In this document: one piece after another, positions 49,318 to 58,599 of the stretch | How the letters are laid out: each line of letters opens with the position of its first letter | Numbering within the stretch: position 1 is the stretch's first letter | Source of the DNA: Vulcanimicrobiota bacterium | GTDB taxonomy: Bacteria; Vulcanimicrobiota; Vulcanimicrobiia; Vulcanimicrobiales; Vulcanimicrobiaceae | DNA length: 64,000 nucleotides | Reading direction: 5' to 3' | Assembly: GCA_963695225.1 (NCBI GenBank) | Contig: OY968762.1 | Span: 2,880,001 to 2,944,000 of the forward strand | Notes under the pieces: generated by a model | Database searches by the model: none | The model's input: the letters and a program-made list of their open reading frames with translations, nothing else | What the model was told of the DNA's origin: nothing | Translations under genes and position numbers: made by a program

Positions 49318-50517
49318 GTGACGTGGGCGCTCTACCTGGCCTGCATCGCGGTGGGACTGGGGATCGGCTTTCTCCTCGGCCGCGTTGCGAGCGGGGCGCG
49401 CCCCGCGGTCGCGCCGCAGCCGCCCCCGCCGCCGGGGCCGCCGCCGCGCACGCTGCCTGATCCCAAGGTCGAGGTCGCGCGCGTCGTCGACGCGCTCGCG
49501 ATCGGCGTCATCTTCGTGGATAGCCGCGGTTCGATCGCGCTCGTGAACGATGCGGCGCGCTCGATCTTCCGCATCAAGAACCCGAACGTCGTCGGCCGCT
49601 CGGTGATCGAAGTCGTGCCGTCCTTCGAGTTGGATCAGCGCGTGCGCGAGGCGATGCGCGGCGGAGCGTGGCGCGGCACGATTTCGCTCGCGGGGGCGGC
49701 TCCGGCCCGCCGCTTGATGGTCGCCGTCGTTCAGCGCGACGACCGGGAAGGCGTGGCCGTCCTCGCGAGCGACCAGACGCGCCTGCACGAATTGGAGCGA
49801 ACGCGCAGCGAGTTCATCACGAACGTGTCGCACGAGTTGCGCACGCCGCTCTCCTCGATGAAGCTGATGATCGAAACGCTCCTGGCGAGCGACGATCAGG
49901 AAGCGCGCGAGCTGTTCCTGCCGCAGATCCACAAGGAAGTCGACCGGATGGTGCGCCTCGTCGAGGAACTCCTCGAGCTCGCCCGCTCGGAATCCGGGCG
50001 CGTCGTGCTCAAACGAGAGCGCTTGGATTTCGCGGCCCTCGTCGAGGACGTCGTCAAGTCGTTCGAGGCGCGCGCGCAGACGCTCGGCGTGAAGCTCTCG
50101 TTCGAAGGGGCGCCGGCGTCGTTGGACGGAGACGCGCAACGCCTCACGCAAGTTGCGATCAACCTCATCGACAACGCGCTGCGGCACACGCCGGCCGGCG
50201 GGCTCGTCGAGGTCGCCGTGCGCAACGTGCCGCCGGACGTGCTCCTCGTCGTCCGCGATACGGGCGTCGGGATTCCGTACAAGGACCTGCCGCACATCTT
50301 CGACCGCTTCTACGTCGTCGACCGGTCGCGGGCGCGCGAGTCGGCCGGCACAGGGCTCGGCCTCGCGATCGTGCGCCAGTTCGTCGAAGCGCACGACGGA
50401 CGGGTGACGGCGGATTCGGAGCTGGGCGTCGGCTCGACGTTCCACTGCCGGTTCCCGGCGGCGATCCCCGCTAGTCCGGCGCTGGGATCGCCCGGCCGCG
50501 CCGGTACGCAAAGCTGA
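49318..50517 (+). CDS. phoR: PhoR-like sensor histidine kinase (TM-PAS-HisKA-HATPase)
   Basis: 'LERTRSEFITNVSHELRTPL', 'NLIDNA', 'DTGVGI', 'IFDRFYVVDRSRAR..GTGLGL'. Confidence 0.88.
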   Translation: MTWALYLACIAVGLGIGFLLGRVASGARPAVAPQPPPPPGPPPRTLPDPKVEVARVVDALAIGVIFVDSRGSIALVNDAARSIFRIKNPNVVGRSVIEVVPSFELDQRVREAMRGGAWRGTISLAGAAPARRLMVAVVQRDDREGVAVLASDQTRLHELERTRSEFITNVSHELRTPLSSMKLMIETLLASDDQEARELFLPQIHKEVDRMVRLVEELLELARSESGRVVLKRERLDFAALVEDVVKSFEARAQTLGVKLSFEGAPASLDGDAQRLTQVAINLIDNALRHTPAGGLVEVAVRNVPPDVLLVVRDTGVGIPYKDLPHIFDRFYVVDRSRARESAGTGLGLAIVRQFVEAHDGRVTADSELGVGSTFHCRFPAAIPASPALGSPGRAGTQS

Positions 50518-51658
50518 ACGGCAGCGGCTTTCGCAGCGAGAGGATCGGCCGTTCGATGAAGTACGTGATCGCCGTCGAGATCGCGAGCGACGCCCCGACC
50601 CCGTAGAGCACGTAGACGGCTTGCCAGGCGGGATCGGCGTGCGGATCCGCCGTCGCGGGGGCCGGGATGCGATGGTTGAGCATCCAGATCTCGACGAGCG
50701 TGTGCCACAGGTAGAGGTTGTAGGAGATCAGCGAAAGGAAGACGAGCGCCGGATTTCCGATCGCCGCGCGCCACCAGAGGGCGGCGAAGCACGATGCGAC
50801 CGTCATCGCGCCGGCGACGGCCGCGAGCAGCGTGCGGTGAACGAGTTCCCAGCGCGCATGCCCGTCCGGCAGAGAGAGCGAGTCGTTCGCCTGGCAGAGA
50901 AGCTGCCAGGCGGCGGCGACGAGCCCGATCGCGAGCACGGTGGCGATCGCGCGGGTCCGAGGCGAATCGGGCACGCGGGCGCGCAGGTACACGAAGGCGT
51001 ACGCCGCGAGCATGCCGCAGGCGAAGACGTCCAGGTACGCCGGGAGCTGCCGCATGACGGTCTCGCGCGCCAGGCAGCATCCGGCAAACGAGAGACGGTA
51101 AGCGAGGGCGGCGGCGGCCATCAGCCCTGCGACGACGAGCGGCCGGCGCACGAAGGGCCGGATCAGGAACGGAAAGAGCACGTAGAACTGCACTTCCGGC
51201 GCGAGGCTCCAGAAGACGGAGTTCGTGTACCCGAGCCGGTCGTCGAAGGAATTGTTGAAGAAGAACGCATGGTTGAAGAGCGTGAAGCCGAGGTCCGCGA
51301 CGTTGCTGAAGGTGGGAAGCGCGACGAGGGCCGTCGCGGTCAGCGCGAGCGCATAGGACGGGACGATCTTCGCGAAGCGCCGTTCGGCGAAGTCGCGGAC
51401 CTCCGGAGCGCGCTTGCCTTCGAGATGCGCGCGCGCGTACGGGAAGCACAGGCAGAAACCGCTGATCAAGAAGAAGAGGTCGACGCCGAGGAAGCCCGTC
51501 CGGGGCACGACCCAGACGGGAACGGCGAAGCCGAACACCGTCAGGGACGGCGTCAACCACGAGAAAAGATAGGTGTGGAAGCTCAGGACGAGCAGGACCG
51601 CGAGGCCGCGGAGCCCGTCGACGACTTCCGTACCGCTCGAGGCGTGCAGGCGGAGCAC
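50471..51658 (-). CDS. Acyltransferase family 3 (OafA-like) membrane protein
   Basis: 'DGLRGLAVLLV', 'GVDLFFLISGF', 'RRFAKIVP', 'WSLAPEVQFY', 'ISYNLYLWH', 'YFIERP'. Confidence 0.9.
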   Translation of the reverse strand: MLRLHASSGTEVVDGLRGLAVLLVLSFHTYLFSWLTPSLTVFGFAVPVWVVPRTGFLGVDLFFLISGFCLCFPYARAHLEGKRAPEVRDFAERRFAKIVPSYALALTATALVALPTFSNVADLGFTLFNHAFFFNNSFDDRLGYTNSVFWSLAPEVQFYVLFPFLIRPFVRRPLVVAGLMAAAALAYRLSFAGCCLARETVMRQLPAYLDVFACGMLAAYAFVYLRARVPDSPRTRAIATVLAIGLVAAAWQLLCQANDSLSLPDGHARWELVHRTLLAAVAGAMTVASCFAALWWRAAIGNPALVFLSLISYNLYLWHTLVEIWMLNHRIPAPATADPHADPAWQAVYVLYGVGASLAISTAITYFIERPILSLRKPLPFSFAYRRGRAIPAPD

Positions 51659-51699
51659 TTCTTCCGTTATCGGCGGATGCGCGGGGGCTCCCCTGCAAC

Positions 51700-51740
51700 C
51701 TTAAGGGCTCTTAATCTTGGGTTAAGTCTCCGTTAGGGTC
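51700..51740. promoter_or_regulatory. Candidate Pho-box array
   Basis: TTAA at 51701, 51711 and 51722 and TTAG at 51733 (10/11/11-bp spacing), in an AT-rich patch upstream of pstS. Confidence 0.55.
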
Positions 51741-52023
51741 CGTTTGCCATCATGAGTCGCGGTGAGCACATTTCGTCCTGTCACCGGGCGGATCGGCCGC
51801 ACGACCCTCTTCACATCGAAGGTAGTCGACGCGGGCGATTTTTTCTGCTGCCTCGACCTCTCGCAAACGCGTGGACTCGAGGCCCGGTGACGCGCCTCGA
51901 GTGATGCTCCCCGTCGTTTCGGACTCTCGCTTTCGCGCGGCGCGAACCCCGGAGGTGCGTGGCGTGAAACGGAGCTCGAGCGGCGATCTCTCCGCTGCAC
52001 CGTCGAAAGGTAGTCTCCCCACA

Positions 52024-53067
52024 ATGAGTTCCCAAATGACCCGAAAAGGAATGCTCGCCGCCGCGGGCGCCGCGCTGTTCACGATCGGCGCAGGCGTGCT
52101 CCCGGCGCTCGCCGCCACCCAGCTCACGGGCGCCGGCGCGACCTTCCCGTATCCGTTCTTCTCGAAAGCGTTCTACGAGTATAGTGCGAAGCACGCCGAC
52201 GTCACGGTCAACTATCAATCGATCGGCAGCGGCGGCGGCATCCAGCAGTTCATCGCGAAGACCGTCGACTTCGGCGCCTCCGACGTTCCCATGAACGCGG
52301 ACGAACTCAAGCGTGCGGGCGAAGCGGTCGTCCAGTTCCCGACGACGCTCGGCGGCGTGGCGATCGCCTACAATCTGCCGGATCTCAAGGGCGAGCTCAA
52401 GCTCTCGCGCCAGGTGCTCGCCGACATCTACCTCGGTAAGATCGCGAAGTGGAACGATGCGGCGATTGCCAAACTGAACAAGGGCACGGCGCTTCCGGAC
52501 CTGCCGATCGTCGTCGTCCACCGTTCCGACGGGTCGGGCACCTCGTACATCTTCACCGACTTCCTGAGCCACGTCTCCGACGAGTGGAAGGCGAAGGTCG
52601 GCACGGGGAAGAGCGTTCAGTGGCCGGCTCCCAGCAGCGTCGGCGGCAAGGGCAACGAAGGCGTTGCCGGACAGGTCAAGCAGACCCCGGGCTCGATCGG
52701 CTACGTCGAACTCGCCTACGTCGTCGAGAACAAGATGGCCCAAGCGTTGCTCGAGAACAAGGCCGGCAAGTTCCTCCCCTGCTCGGCTGACGGCGTCCAG
52801 GCCGCGGCCGCTTCGAAGGCCAACGTTTCCGCGACGGACTTCTCGATCGTCGACGCGGCAGGAAACGGGGCGTACCCGATCGCCGGCTATTCGTGGGCGT
52901 TCGTGTACCAGGAACCCAAGGACAAGGCGCGCGCCAAGCTCGCCGTCGATGCGCTCGAATGGCTCGTCACCGACGGCCAGCCGATCGCAGGCGGCCTGAA
53001 CTACGTGCCGCTTCCGACGAACGTCCGCGAGTTCTCGAAGAAGGCGCTCGACCAGGTCAAGCTCTAA
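52024..53067 (+). CDS. pstS: Phosphate ABC transporter substrate-binding protein
   Basis: 'LTGAGATFPYP', 'NYQSIGSGGG', 'VDFGASD', 'RSDGSGT', 'GKGNEGV', 'YPIAG'. Confidence 0.96.
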   Translation: MSSQMTRKGMLAAAGAALFTIGAGVLPALAATQLTGAGATFPYPFFSKAFYEYSAKHADVTVNYQSIGSGGGIQQFIAKTVDFGASDVPMNADELKRAGEAVVQFPTTLGGVAIAYNLPDLKGELKLSRQVLADIYLGKIAKWNDAAIAKLNKGTALPDLPIVVVHRSDGSGTSYIFTDFLSHVSDEWKAKVGTGKSVQWPAPSSVGGKGNEGVAGQVKQTPGSIGYVELAYVVENKMAQALLENKAGKFLPCSADGVQAAAASKANVSATDFSIVDAAGNGAYPIAGYSWAFVYQEPKDKARAKLAVDALEWLVTDGQPIAGGLNYVPLPTNVREFSKKALDQVKL

Positions 53068-53146
53068 GTACCACCAGGCTCCGATACGTGGCCGAGGGGC
53101 GCGCGGTGCGCGCTCCTCGGCCGCTTCTTCCAGGGGATGCATCAAG

Positions 53147-54127
53147 TTGGAAAACGCGCCGCCAGACGCTCGGCATATCAGGGCGAACCTGATCTCCGAG
53201 GCCTCCCTCTCGCGCGCTCGCCAGGCTGATCGTACGTTCGGGTGGGCGGTTTACGCCTCGTCGGTGCTCTTCGTCCTTTTGGTCGTCGGCATCTTCATCG
53301 AACTGCTCCAGGGCTCGTGGCTGTCGATCGGCAAATTCGGCCTCGCCTTCCTCTGGACTAGCCAATGGAATCCCGTTACCGATCAATTCGGCGCCTTGCC
53401 GCTGATTTACGGTACCGTCGTCAGTTCCACGATAGCCATCATCATCGCCGCCGGGGTCGGAATCTTCGCCGCGGCGTTCCTCGCCGATTTCGCGCCGAAG
53501 GCCGTGGCGCAGCCGCTCCAGTTCATGATCGAACTGCTCGCAGCGGTCCCCAGCGTCGTGTTCGGCCTGTGGGGACTCTTCGTTCTCGCGCCCCTCATCC
53601 GCGAGTACATCGGGCCGTTCTTGCAAAAGACGCTCGGCTTTCTCCCGATCTTCCAGGGAACGATCTATGGGACGTCGCTGTTCACGGCGGGCATCATTCT
53701 CGCCGTCATGATCGTCCCGACCGTCACCGCGATCTCGCGCGACGTGATCGAGGCGATCCCGAACGATCTGCGCGAAGGGTCCGCGTCCCTCGGCGCGACG
53801 CGCTGGGAAACGATGCAGAAGGTCGTGCTGCCGGCGGCAAAATCCGGCATCTTCGGAGCTTGCATCCTTGCACTCGGGCGGGCGCTCGGCGAAACGATCG
53901 CAGCCACGATGGTGATCGGCAACCGGCCGGAGATCGTCGCCTCGCTGTTCTCCCCGTCCTACACGCTGCCGAGCGTCATCGCGAACGAATTCACCGAAGC
54001 GACCTCGGAAGTTTACCTCAGCGCGCTGCTCGAACTCGGCCTCGTCCTCTTCGTGGTCAGCATGATCGTCAACGGCGCCGCCCGCTTCCTGACGATGACC
54101 GTCATGAAGCCGTCGGGAGGTCGCTGA
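53147..54127 (+). CDS. pstC: Phosphate ABC transporter permease
   Basis: 'WNPV..QFGAL..IYGT', 'ELLAAVPSVVFGLWG', 'LGRALGETIA', 'IANEFTEA'. Confidence 0.95.
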   Translation: MENAPPDARHIRANLISEASLSRARQADRTFGWAVYASSVLFVLLVVGIFIELLQGSWLSIGKFGLAFLWTSQWNPVTDQFGALPLIYGTVVSSTIAIIIAAGVGIFAAAFLADFAPKAVAQPLQFMIELLAAVPSVVFGLWGLFVLAPLIREYIGPFLQKTLGFLPIFQGTIYGTSLFTAGIILAVMIVPTVTAISRDVIEAIPNDLREGSASLGATRWETMQKVVLPAAKSGIFGACILALGRALGETIAATMVIGNRPEIVASLFSPSYTLPSVIANEFTEATSEVYLSALLELGLVLFVVSMIVNGAARFLTMTVMKPSGGR

Positions 54128-54128
54128 T

Positions 54129-55022
54129 ATGGCGGCGAGAACTAGCGTCGCTGAAAGCGCTGTCGTGATGCAAACCGACGATCTCAACTGGCGGCTAAGA
54201 AAGGTTTGGAGCACGGCCGGCGTCGCCGTGGCCGCTTTTTGCGCCAGCCTGGCCGCTGCCACGCTGCTTCTGATCCTCGCCTACGTCACGATCAAAGGGA
54301 TCGGAGCGCTGAACCCCGCGTTCTTCATCGAACTCCCGCGGCCGGTCGGCGTGACCGGCGGCGGCGTCGCGAACGGCATCGTGGGCAGCGCGATCATGGT
54401 CGGGATCGCGGCGCTGATCGCCACGCCGATCGGCGTCTTGACGGGGATCTTCCTCGCGCTCTTCGGCCGCGGCGCCGTCGCCGAAGGCGTCCGCTTCCTG
54501 GCCGACGTGCTCTCGGGCGTGCCGAGCATCGCGATCGGCCTGTTTGCGTACACGATCTTCGTCGCTCCCGTGAAACACTTTTCGGCGTTCTCCGCTTCGT
54601 TCGCGTTCGCGATCCTGATGCTGCCGCTCGTGATCCGCACCTCGGAAGAAGCGATTCGAAGCGTTCCGACGGCCGTACGCGAAGGCGCGCTGGCCTTGGG
54701 AATGTCCGTGTACTCCACGACCGTTCGCGTGGTGCTCCCCGCGGCGCGCGCCGGGATCGCGACGGGGCTGTTGCTCTCGGTCGCACGCGTGACGGGCGAG
54801 ACGGCGCCGCTCCTATTCACGGCGTTCGGCAGCCAGTTCTGGGAACTCGACCCGAACAAGCCGATGGCCGAGCTTTCGCTGCAGATATTCACGTATGCGA
54901 TCTCGCCCTACGAAGATTGGCACCGGCAAGCGTGGGCGGGCGCGCTCATCCTGATCACCGTCGTCTTCGTGCTGAACCTGGTCGCACGCATCGCCCTTCG
55001 CCCGCGAACGAACTCCAAGTGA
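54129..55022 (+). CDS. pstA: Phosphate ABC transporter permease
   Basis: 'GGGVANGIVGS', 'LSGVPSI', 'RTSEEA', 'ARVTGETAPLLFTA', 'AWAGAL'. Confidence 0.95.
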   Translation: MAARTSVAESAVVMQTDDLNWRLRKVWSTAGVAVAAFCASLAAATLLLILAYVTIKGIGALNPAFFIELPRPVGVTGGGVANGIVGSAIMVGIAALIATPIGVLTGIFLALFGRGAVAEGVRFLADVLSGVPSIAIGLFAYTIFVAPVKHFSAFSASFAFAILMLPLVIRTSEEAIRSVPTAVREGALALGMSVYSTTVRVVLPAARAGIATGLLLSVARVTGETAPLLFTAFGSQFWELDPNKPMAELSLQIFTYAISPYEDWHRQAWAGALILITVVFVLNLVARIALRPRTNSK

Positions 55023-55849
55023 GCGGTCCGATTGGGTCGACGATCCCCGATTCGAGCGGCCCGGCGGCCGGCGCCGGGCCATCGCTCTCCACCGAGAATC
55101 TTTCGGCGCTCTATGCGAAGCGCCGCGCGATCGAAGGAGTGAATCTCGCATTCCCTCCCAACCAGATCACGGCGCTCATCGGCCCCTCGGGTTGCGGCAA
55201 GACGACGCTCCTGCGTTGCCTCAATCGCATTCACGAAGCTTCGCCGGGGGCGACCGTGGAAGGCAAGGTCATCCTCGACGGCCGGAACATCTACGATCCC
55301 GAAATGAGCCCGGTCGCCGTTCGCCGGCGCATCGGGATGGTTTTCCAGCGGGCGAACCCGTTTCCGACGATGACGATCCTCGACGACGTCGTGTCCGGCC
55401 TGCGATACTCCGCCGGCGTGACCGCGAAGAACGAACTCGCGGAACGCGCCGAACAAGTCTTACGGCTCGCGGCGTTGTGGGACGAGGTCAAGGATAAGCT
55501 CTCGAATCCGGGGCGCTCGCTCTCGGGCGGTCAACAACAGCGCCTCTGCATCGCGCGCGCGCTCGCGACGGATCCGGAGATCCTATTGATGGACGAAGCG
55601 ACCTCCGCGCTCGATCCCATCGCCACGGCGCAGATCGAAGACCTCATGTCGACGCTTTCGTCGCGTTACACGATCGTCGCGGTGACGCACAACATGCAGC
55701 AGGCCGCGCGCGTCTCGAACTTCACAGCGTTGATGCTCGCGGGCGAAGACCGGATCGGCCGCCTCGTCGAGTTCGGCTCGACGACGCAAATCTTCACGCG
55801 TCCGAAGGATCAACGGACGGAAGGCTATATTACGGGTCGATTCGGATGA
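55019..55849 (+). CDS. pstB: Phosphate ABC transporter ATP-binding protein (copy 1)
   Basis: GTG at 55019; '[19 protein letters not shown]', '[10 protein letters not shown]', '[13 protein letters not shown]', 'SALDPIAT', 'YITGRFG'. Confidence 0.94.
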   Translation: MSGPIGSTIPDSSGPAAGAGPSLSTENLSALYAKRRAIEGVNLAFPPNQITALIGPSGCGKTTLLRCLNRIHEASPGATVEGKVILDGRNIYDPEMSPVAVRRRIGMVFQRANPFPTMTILDDVVSGLRYSAGVTAKNELAERAEQVLRLAALWDEVKDKLSNPGRSLSGGQQQRLCIARALATDPEILLMDEATSALDPIATAQIEDLMSTLSSRYTIVAVTHNMQQAARVSNFTALMLAGEDRIGRLVEFGSTTQIFTRPKDQRTEGYITGRFG

Positions 55850-56628
55850 TGAACGCCACTGAGAAGCCCGCGCTGGGCGACAAGATGCGCATCGACGGAC
55901 TCAACGTCTTCTACGGCTCCTTCCACGCGCTCAAGAACGCCGCGCTGAATGTCCCCACGAATCAAGTGACGGCCTTGATCGGCCCTTCGGGCTGCGGGAA
56001 ATCGACGTTCTTGCGGGCGCTCAATCGCATGCACGATCTGACTCCCGGCGCGCGCGTGACGGGCAAGGTCATCCTCGACGATACCGACGTCTACGCGCCC
56101 TCGATGGACCCGGTTACGATCCGCCATCGCATCGGGATGGTCTTCCAGCGGCCGAATCCGTTCCCGCAATCGATCTTCGCGAACGTCACGTACGGCCCGC
56201 GGCTCATGGGCGAGAAGGATCAGAAGAAGCTCGACGAGATCTGCGAACGCGCGCTGCGCCGGGCGGCGCTCTGGGATGAGGTCAAAGACCGCCTCCATCG
56301 CTCCGCCACCGGGCTTTCCGGCGGGCAGCAGCAGCGCTTGTGCATCGCTCGCGTGATCGCGGTGCAGCCCGAGGTGATCTTGATGGACGAGCCGGCCTCC
56401 GCGCTCGACCCCATCGCGACCGCGAAGATCGAAGACCTGATCTCCGAGATCAAGAAGGAGTACACGGTCATCATCGTCACGCACTCGATGCAGCAGGCGG
56501 CGCGCGTATCCGACTTGACGGCCTTCTTCCTGCTCGGCGACTTGGTCGAAGTCGGCGAGACGGCGCAAGTCTTCACGCGCCCGCGCGACAAACGCACCGA
56601 GGACTACATCACGGGGCGGTTCGGCTAG
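55846..56628 (+). CDS. pstB: Phosphate ABC transporter ATP-binding protein (copy 2)
   Basis: Same PstB motif set, '[12 protein letters not shown]', '[10 protein letters not shown]'. Confidence 0.95.
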   Translation: MMNATEKPALGDKMRIDGLNVFYGSFHALKNAALNVPTNQVTALIGPSGCGKSTFLRALNRMHDLTPGARVTGKVILDDTDVYAPSMDPVTIRHRIGMVFQRPNPFPQSIFANVTYGPRLMGEKDQKKLDEICERALRRAALWDEVKDRLHRSATGLSGGQQQRLCIARVIAVQPEVILMDEPASALDPIATAKIEDLISEIKKEYTVIIVTHSMQQAARVSDLTAFFLLGDLVEVGETAQVFTRPRDKRTEDYITGRFG

Positions 56629-56640
56629 GGTTCTCGCGGC

Positions 56641-58446
56641 TTAGTCCGCGAGGACGTAGGCCTTTTCTCTGAACAAGCGCAGGCATGCGGCGGCAACCTG
56701 CGGGTCGTAGAGCGTGCCGGAGTTTCGCTCGATTTCCAGGAGCGCCGCGTCGATGCCGAGGCCGGGCCGGTAGGGCCGGTGCGAAGAGATCGCCTCGAAT
56801 ACGTCCGCGACCGCGATGATGCGCGCCTCGAGCAGGATTTCGTCGCCGCGCAGTCCGCGCGGGTATCCGCTGCCGTCCATGCGCTCGTGGTGCTGTCGCG
56901 CGACCTCCGCGATGGGCCACGGGGAATCGATATCGCGGAGCACGTCGTAGCCGAGTTGCGCGTGCATCTGGATCATGTTGAACTCGATCTCCGAGAGCCG
57001 CGTCGGCTTCGCCAAGATCTCGGCCGGAACCGCGATCTTTCCCACATCGTGCACGGCGCCTGCCAGGCGCAGGCCGCGCTGGAGCTCTGCGTCGAGGCCC
57101 ATTTCCGCGGCGATCGCGACCGCAAGAATGCCGACGCGACGCTCGTGCCCCGCGGTGTACGGGTCGCGCAACTCGACCAAGGTCGAAAACGAATCGATCG
57201 TGCTTTCCAGCATGCGCTCGATCTGCGCGAGGTGGCTCCGAACGTCCGACTCGGCACGTTTGCGTTCGGTCACGTCCCTGGCGAAGATCGAGATGGCGAA
57301 GGCCGTGGAATCTCGCTTGAGGACGGTGCACGTCAACTGCAGCACGTTGGAACCGGGGAATGCAGAGTACTCGGTCGCAAACGAGCCGTCTGCGAGCGTT
57401 TTCTCGAGGAAGCCGCGCCACGTCCGCGCCTGTTCTTCGTTCCGGAAGATATCTTCCGCACACATGCCTGGCTCGATGCGAATGCCGTGAACGCTCGAGA
57501 AATACTCCGCGAGGCTGCGGTTGAACGAAAGCAGACGGAACGACGTGGGATCGACGGAGCAGATCAGGTCGCTCGTGCTGTCGACGATCGACTTCTGGAG
57601 CGCCTGCGATTCGGCGAGCGCTTCCTGCACGCGCATGCCGTCCGTGATGTCTTCGAAGACGGTAGCGAAATGAGCCGGATGCGGGGAGATGACTGTGATG
57701 CGGAATCTCTTCCCCAAGGGAGCGAAATGGCTCTCGAACGTCCACGGTTTGCGCGTTTCCGCGACCCGAGCGTAGACATCGAGGTAAGGCGCTTCTCCGG
57801 TGCCGTAGACTTCCGAGGCAAGTTTGCCGATGACCGCGCCGCGTTTGATTCCGGTGTGGCCTTCGAACGCGGGGTTCACGTCGAGGATGACGTAATCGGC
57901 GGGCCCGCCGGATGCGTCGTAGACGACGCGGTGGAGCGCCATCCCCTCGGACATCGCGGTGAAGAGCGACCGGAATCGATCCTCGCTTTCCCTCGTCCGT
58001 TGCTGCGCGCGCCTTTGGTGCGTGATGTCCTGCAGAAGCAGATACACGCCGCGCACGTTTCCGGCTTCGTCGAGGAGCGGCGTGCCGCAAACGTTGAGCC
58101 AGAGCCGGTCTCTGATGCGCGGGTTGACGACGCCCACGACGAGGTCCTGGACGGATTGTCCGGATTGGAGGGCAGCGATGCTGAACTCGCCCTCCGCCTT
58201 GAGTGGGGAACCGTCTTCGTGGACGGCGCCCCAGCGTGCGTCGGTCCATGTGAGGCCGCGCACATCGTCGAGCGAGACGCCCAGGATCCGCTCGGCGGCG
58301 GGATTCGCTTCGGCGAGCCGCCCGCCGGCATCGAAGATGACGATGCCGAGCGGAAACGAATCGAACGGTAAACCGCTCTGTAAGCAGCTTGCCGTTCGCG
58401 CGGCGCCCGAGCCTTGGAACACCGGGCGTGTCGAACGCGGGGGCAT
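56641..58446 (-). CDS. Multi-PAS HD-GYP cyclic-dinucleotide phosphodiesterase
   Basis: About three PAS-like repeats, then 'RDPYTAGHERRV', 'HDVGKI', 'HHERMDGSGYPRGL', 'RIIAVADVFEA', 'HRPYR'. Confidence 0.92.
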   Translation of the reverse strand: MPPRSTRPVFQGSGAARTASCLQSGLPFDSFPLGIVIFDAGGRLAEANPAAERILGVSLDDVRGLTWTDARWGAVHEDGSPLKAEGEFSIAALQSGQSVQDLVVGVVNPRIRDRLWLNVCGTPLLDEAGNVRGVYLLLQDITHQRRAQQRTRESEDRFRSLFTAMSEGMALHRVVYDASGGPADYVILDVNPAFEGHTGIKRGAVIGKLASEVYGTGEAPYLDVYARVAETRKPWTFESHFAPLGKRFRITVISPHPAHFATVFEDITDGMRVQEALAESQALQKSIVDSTSDLICSVDPTSFRLLSFNRSLAEYFSSVHGIRIEPGMCAEDIFRNEEQARTWRGFLEKTLADGSFATEYSAFPGSNVLQLTCTVLKRDSTAFAISIFARDVTERKRAESDVRSHLAQIERMLESTIDSFSTLVELRDPYTAGHERRVGILAVAIAAEMGLDAELQRGLRLAGAVHDVGKIAVPAEILAKPTRLSEIEFNMIQMHAQLGYDVLRDIDSPWPIAEVARQHHERMDGSGYPRGLRGDEILLEARIIAVADVFEAISSHRPYRPGLGIDAALLEIERNSGTLYDPQVAAACLRLFREKAYVLAD

Positions 58447-58599
58447 TTTCGTTTGACGTCCCTCCTACGACCAGTATCGGAGTTTGCCGCCGCCGTCCTG
58501 AGCCGGCCGGCACCGGACCCGGCCGGAAAGTGCCCGAAAGGCGTCGCCGGGCTAGCCCGGCGAACGGATTCGAGAAGCCGTGAGCTTCGGAGGCGGGAT

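Noticed and set aside
50471..50517. Convergent overlap of phoR and acyltransferase 3' ends
   Set aside because: A short tail-to-tail overlap of non-conserved C-termini is common in GC-rich genomes.
55019..56628. Tandem pstB duplication as a novelty
   Set aside because: Two pstB paralogs in one pst operon are common, for example in Firmicutes and cyanobacteria.
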